From Ignavibacteriota bacterium (lineage in GTDB: Bacteria; Bacteroidota; Ignavibacteria; UBA10030; CAVZMI01): a stretch of DNA of 64,000 nt. Where the stretch lies: positions 32,001 through 96,000 of the forward strand of contig CAVZMI010000028.1 in the NCBI GenBank assembly GCA_963776275.1, in the 5' to 3' direction. The first letter of the stretch is position 1. Each line of letters opens with the position of its first letter. Under the pieces are notes generated by a model. That model was not told the DNA's origin and searched no databases. It saw only the letters and a program-made list of their open reading frames with translations. Shown in pieces: positions 61,484 to 64,000 of this stretch. A program made the translations under genes and the position numbers.

Positions 61484-62479
61484 ATGGATGAATATCATGC
61501 TTTAGATGCTCGATACGATTCAATGAAATATAACCGCTGCGGCCGCAGCGGACTCAAACTGCCGGCCATCTCGCTCGGACTCTGGCATAACTTCGGCGGA
61601 GTAGATGCGCCGGGAAATTCACGCGCGATGATCAGGCGTGCATTCGATCTCGGCATAACGCATTTCGACCTTGCGAATAATTATGGACCTCCGCCGGGTT
61701 CGGCAGAAGAGACCTTCGGAAAAATTCTTCGACAGGATCTATCAAGCTACCGGGATGAACTCATCATCTCTACGAAGGCAGGATACCTGATGTGGCCGGG
61801 ACCGTATGGTGAATGGGGGTCGCGCAAATACCTCGTTGCAAGTCTGGATCAGAGTCTGCGCCGTATGGGATTGGAGTATGTAGATATTTTTTATCACCAC
61901 AGGCCGGATCCTGAAACTCCCCCGGAAGAAACGATGCAGGCGCTCGACAGTATTGTGCGCAGCGGCAAGGCTCTCTATACAGGCATCTCGAATTATAATG
62001 CAGAACAGACACAACATGCCGCACAAATATTACAGTCACTCGGAACACCCTGTTTGATTCATCAGCCCAAGTACAATATGTTCGACAGGTGGATTGAAGA
62101 CGGCCTGCTACGGGTGCTCCGTGAGAAGGGAATTGGCTGCATCGTGTTCTCACCGCTGGCTCAGGGTATGCTGACCGACAGATATCTTGATGGAATTCCC
62201 GATGGCTCGCGTGCAAGCAAACCACATGGTTTTCTTAGACCGAATCAAATTACAGAAGACAAATTGTCCCGCGTGCGGCGCTTGAACGAGCTGGCAGTGA
62301 AACGGGGCCAAACACTGGCACAAATGGCACTCGCGTGGGTCTTACGGCATCCCGAAGTGACTTCGGCCGTTGTCGGAGCCAGTCGTGTGTCGCAAATCGA
62401 AAATGCAGTAGCGGCGTTGAATGATTTGACGTTTACACAGGAGGAATTGAAGAAAATAGATAATATTATCAAGTCATGA
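61484..62479 (+). CDS. gpr: L-glyceraldehyde 3-phosphate reductase (aldo/keto reductase, YghZ-like)
   Basis: RCGRSGLKLPAISLGLWHNFG, FDLANNYGPP.GSAEE, STKAGY.MWPGPYG.WGSRKYL. Confidence 0.92.
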   Translation: MDEYHALDARYDSMKYNRCGRSGLKLPAISLGLWHNFGGVDAPGNSRAMIRRAFDLGITHFDLANNYGPPPGSAEETFGKILRQDLSSYRDELIISTKAGYLMWPGPYGEWGSRKYLVASLDQSLRRMGLEYVDIFYHHRPDPETPPEETMQALDSIVRSGKALYTGISNYNAEQTQHAAQILQSLGTPCLIHQPKYNMFDRWIEDGLLRVLREKGIGCIVFSPLAQGMLTDRYLDGIPDGSRASKPHGFLRPNQITEDKLSRVRRLNELAVKRGQTLAQMALAWVLRHPEVTSAVVGASRVSQIENAVAALNDLTFTQEELKKIDNIIKS

Positions 62480-62616
62480 ATATTTTTCGTTGAATAAGGG
62501 TCTTTTTCGGTTGTTTGTTTCCGTCGACTTTCGTACAATTTAATAAGTCTTCCCGATTCCATACAAGGACAAATGCTGAATAATTTATTTATCATATCCT
62601 AACTCTGGAGAACGCC

Positions 62617-63585
62617 ATGACAATTACTCCCATGACTCTCGGTGAGATATTCGACCGGCTCTTTAAACTGATCGGAAAAACCTGGCTCCGAAGCCTTATC
62701 CTAGTTTCGATTATTATGGTGCTGCCTGCCGTAATATTCATCCTCGGAATGGATTCTTTCTTCTCCGAAATTGCAAATATGATCAACGATAAAGCGATCG
62801 GAGGGGCGAATATCCCTGAAGGATTCGGAAGTATGTTGATTACTATGATAGGATTTTTCATAGGATTAACCTTCTTTGTTTTGGGAACGGAAGCAGCTAC
62901 CTTAGGCGTCACTATCACGAGCTGCGAGGAAATGAACGGGCAGTATATCACCTGGGAGGAAGCATTGCGCCGAATGTTCAGCATACGATTTCTGCGGCTG
63001 ATAGGACAAAACATACTGATAGGACTTGTAATCGTCGGTTTGGTTCTTATTCCATATATCCTGCTTATCGCTGCAATCGCGGCAAAATCGTTTCTGTTAG
63101 GATTCTTTGCGGTTCTACTTCTATTAACTTCCATAGGGTTTATCGTCTTTCTTACTACAAATTGGGCTTTTACGGTTCAGGCTATAGGGTGGGAGGATGC
63201 GAATATTTTTCAGTCCTTCAGGCGAAGCAGGCAACTTGTCCGTGGTAACTGGTGGCGCGTCTTTGGAATTCTACTGCTGATGAATATAATGCTGAGCTTT
63301 GCGGTCTCTCTTATTATAACACCGGTATATCTTATCGCGATGTGGGATTTCTTCGCTTCTTATTTTTCGATGCTGGGTTCGGCCGGTTCAAAAGAAGTCG
63401 ATCCTACGGCGATTTTTGAGACTTTCAGAACAATTGGAATTCGTATAGGATTAGTCGGCAGCCTAAGCACCGTACTGCAACTTCTGGTAAGCCCGTTGTA
63501 CACAACAGTGCTGTATTTCGATCTTCGTGCACGAGATGAATTAAATGTTCAACTGAGGCAAACTGATACGACAATTACGATATGA
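62617..63585 (+). CDS. Integral membrane protein of unknown function
   Basis: PMTLGEIFD, several TM helices, RRS.QLVRGNWWRVFG, LYFDLRAR. Confidence 0.8.
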   Translation: MTITPMTLGEIFDRLFKLIGKTWLRSLILVSIIMVLPAVIFILGMDSFFSEIANMINDKAIGGANIPEGFGSMLITMIGFFIGLTFFVLGTEAATLGVTITSCEEMNGQYITWEEALRRMFSIRFLRLIGQNILIGLVIVGLVLIPYILLIAAIAAKSFLLGFFAVLLLLTSIGFIVFLTTNWAFTVQAIGWEDANIFQSFRRSRQLVRGNWWRVFGILLLMNIMLSFAVSLIITPVYLIAMWDFFASYFSMLGSAGSKEVDPTAIFETFRTIGIRIGLVGSLSTVLQLLVSPLYTTVLYFDLRARDELNVQLRQTDTTITI

Positions 63586-64000
63586 TGAATACGGAAAGCC
63601 AACCGCAGGTACAATCTGAAATCACGACGCCGGATGGTAATTCTCTTCTGGAGGGTTCATGGGAGCAGAGCGGTCGCAGTCTGAATACAGCTGCAATAAT
63701 CGCACTCCTCGGCATCGGCATATTATATTTCAATGCAGAATCAATTATCGTCGTCATAACCATTGGCATAGGCCAGCTTGTGTCGGGTGGTCCGGAAACG
63801 AGCGGTAATTATTTTGATAGGCTTTCAGAATTTATGAAATATTATGCCGCTCCGCTTCAGGCTGTTGTTTTAGTCTCGGAATTTAGCTTCATGTTGATGC
63901 CGGTTTTATGGCTAATCAAACGCTGGCATACGTCCGATATACGAGAGTACATCCGGCTTAAACGCAGTTCCTTCGTGGAAATCCTGCTGGCCGTCATTGC
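63582..64000 (+). CDS. Membrane protein, partial (possibly CPBP intramembrane protease N-terminus)
   Basis: ATG overlaps the previous stop; frame is open to the window end with hydrophobic segments; catalytic motifs not visible. Confidence 0.55.
   Translation, partial: MMNTESQPQVQSEITTPDGNSLLEGSWEQSGRSLNTAAIIALLGIGILYFNAESIIVVITIGIGQLVSGGPETSGNYFDRLSEFMKYYAAPLQAVVLVSEFSFMLMPVLWLIKRWHTSDIREYIRLKRSSFVEILLAVI

Noticed and set aside
33500-62600. Many short antisense or overlapping ORFs in the ORF track
   Set aside because: They overlap well-supported genes and show no motifs.

Overview
Bacterial window, most likely from the Ignavibacteria/FCB group (inferred from T9SS-type C-terminal domains, a PorV-like gene and the TonB-receptor cluster). 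Bases ~0.8-18 kb form a defence-like island. It contains a sigma-like factor / small protein / ImmA-IrrE peptidase triad divergent from a ubiquitin-like operon (Ubl, Cys-less E2-like, JAB-E1 fusion), a type I R-M locus with an inserted two-gene cassette, and an AbiE-type TA pair between long direct repeats. Bases 18-33 kb carry ddh and lysA, IS200 remnants, a hybrid histidine kinase, a Cyc2-like cytochrome-porin plus cytochrome lipoprotein, an IS3-type element, and a phosphoesterase-barrel-patatin cassette bracketed by two heptamer-flanked four-helix-bundle elements. Bases 33-61 kb are a LacI-regulated starch/maltodextrin locus with a TonB receptor but no recognisable SusD. The intergenic DNA is rich in REP-like hairpins, including ~23-bp modules nested inside one another and a 46-bp tandem array (not CRISPR). 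Five genes have single frameshifts that may be assembly indels. All family assignments are by eye; no database searches were run.
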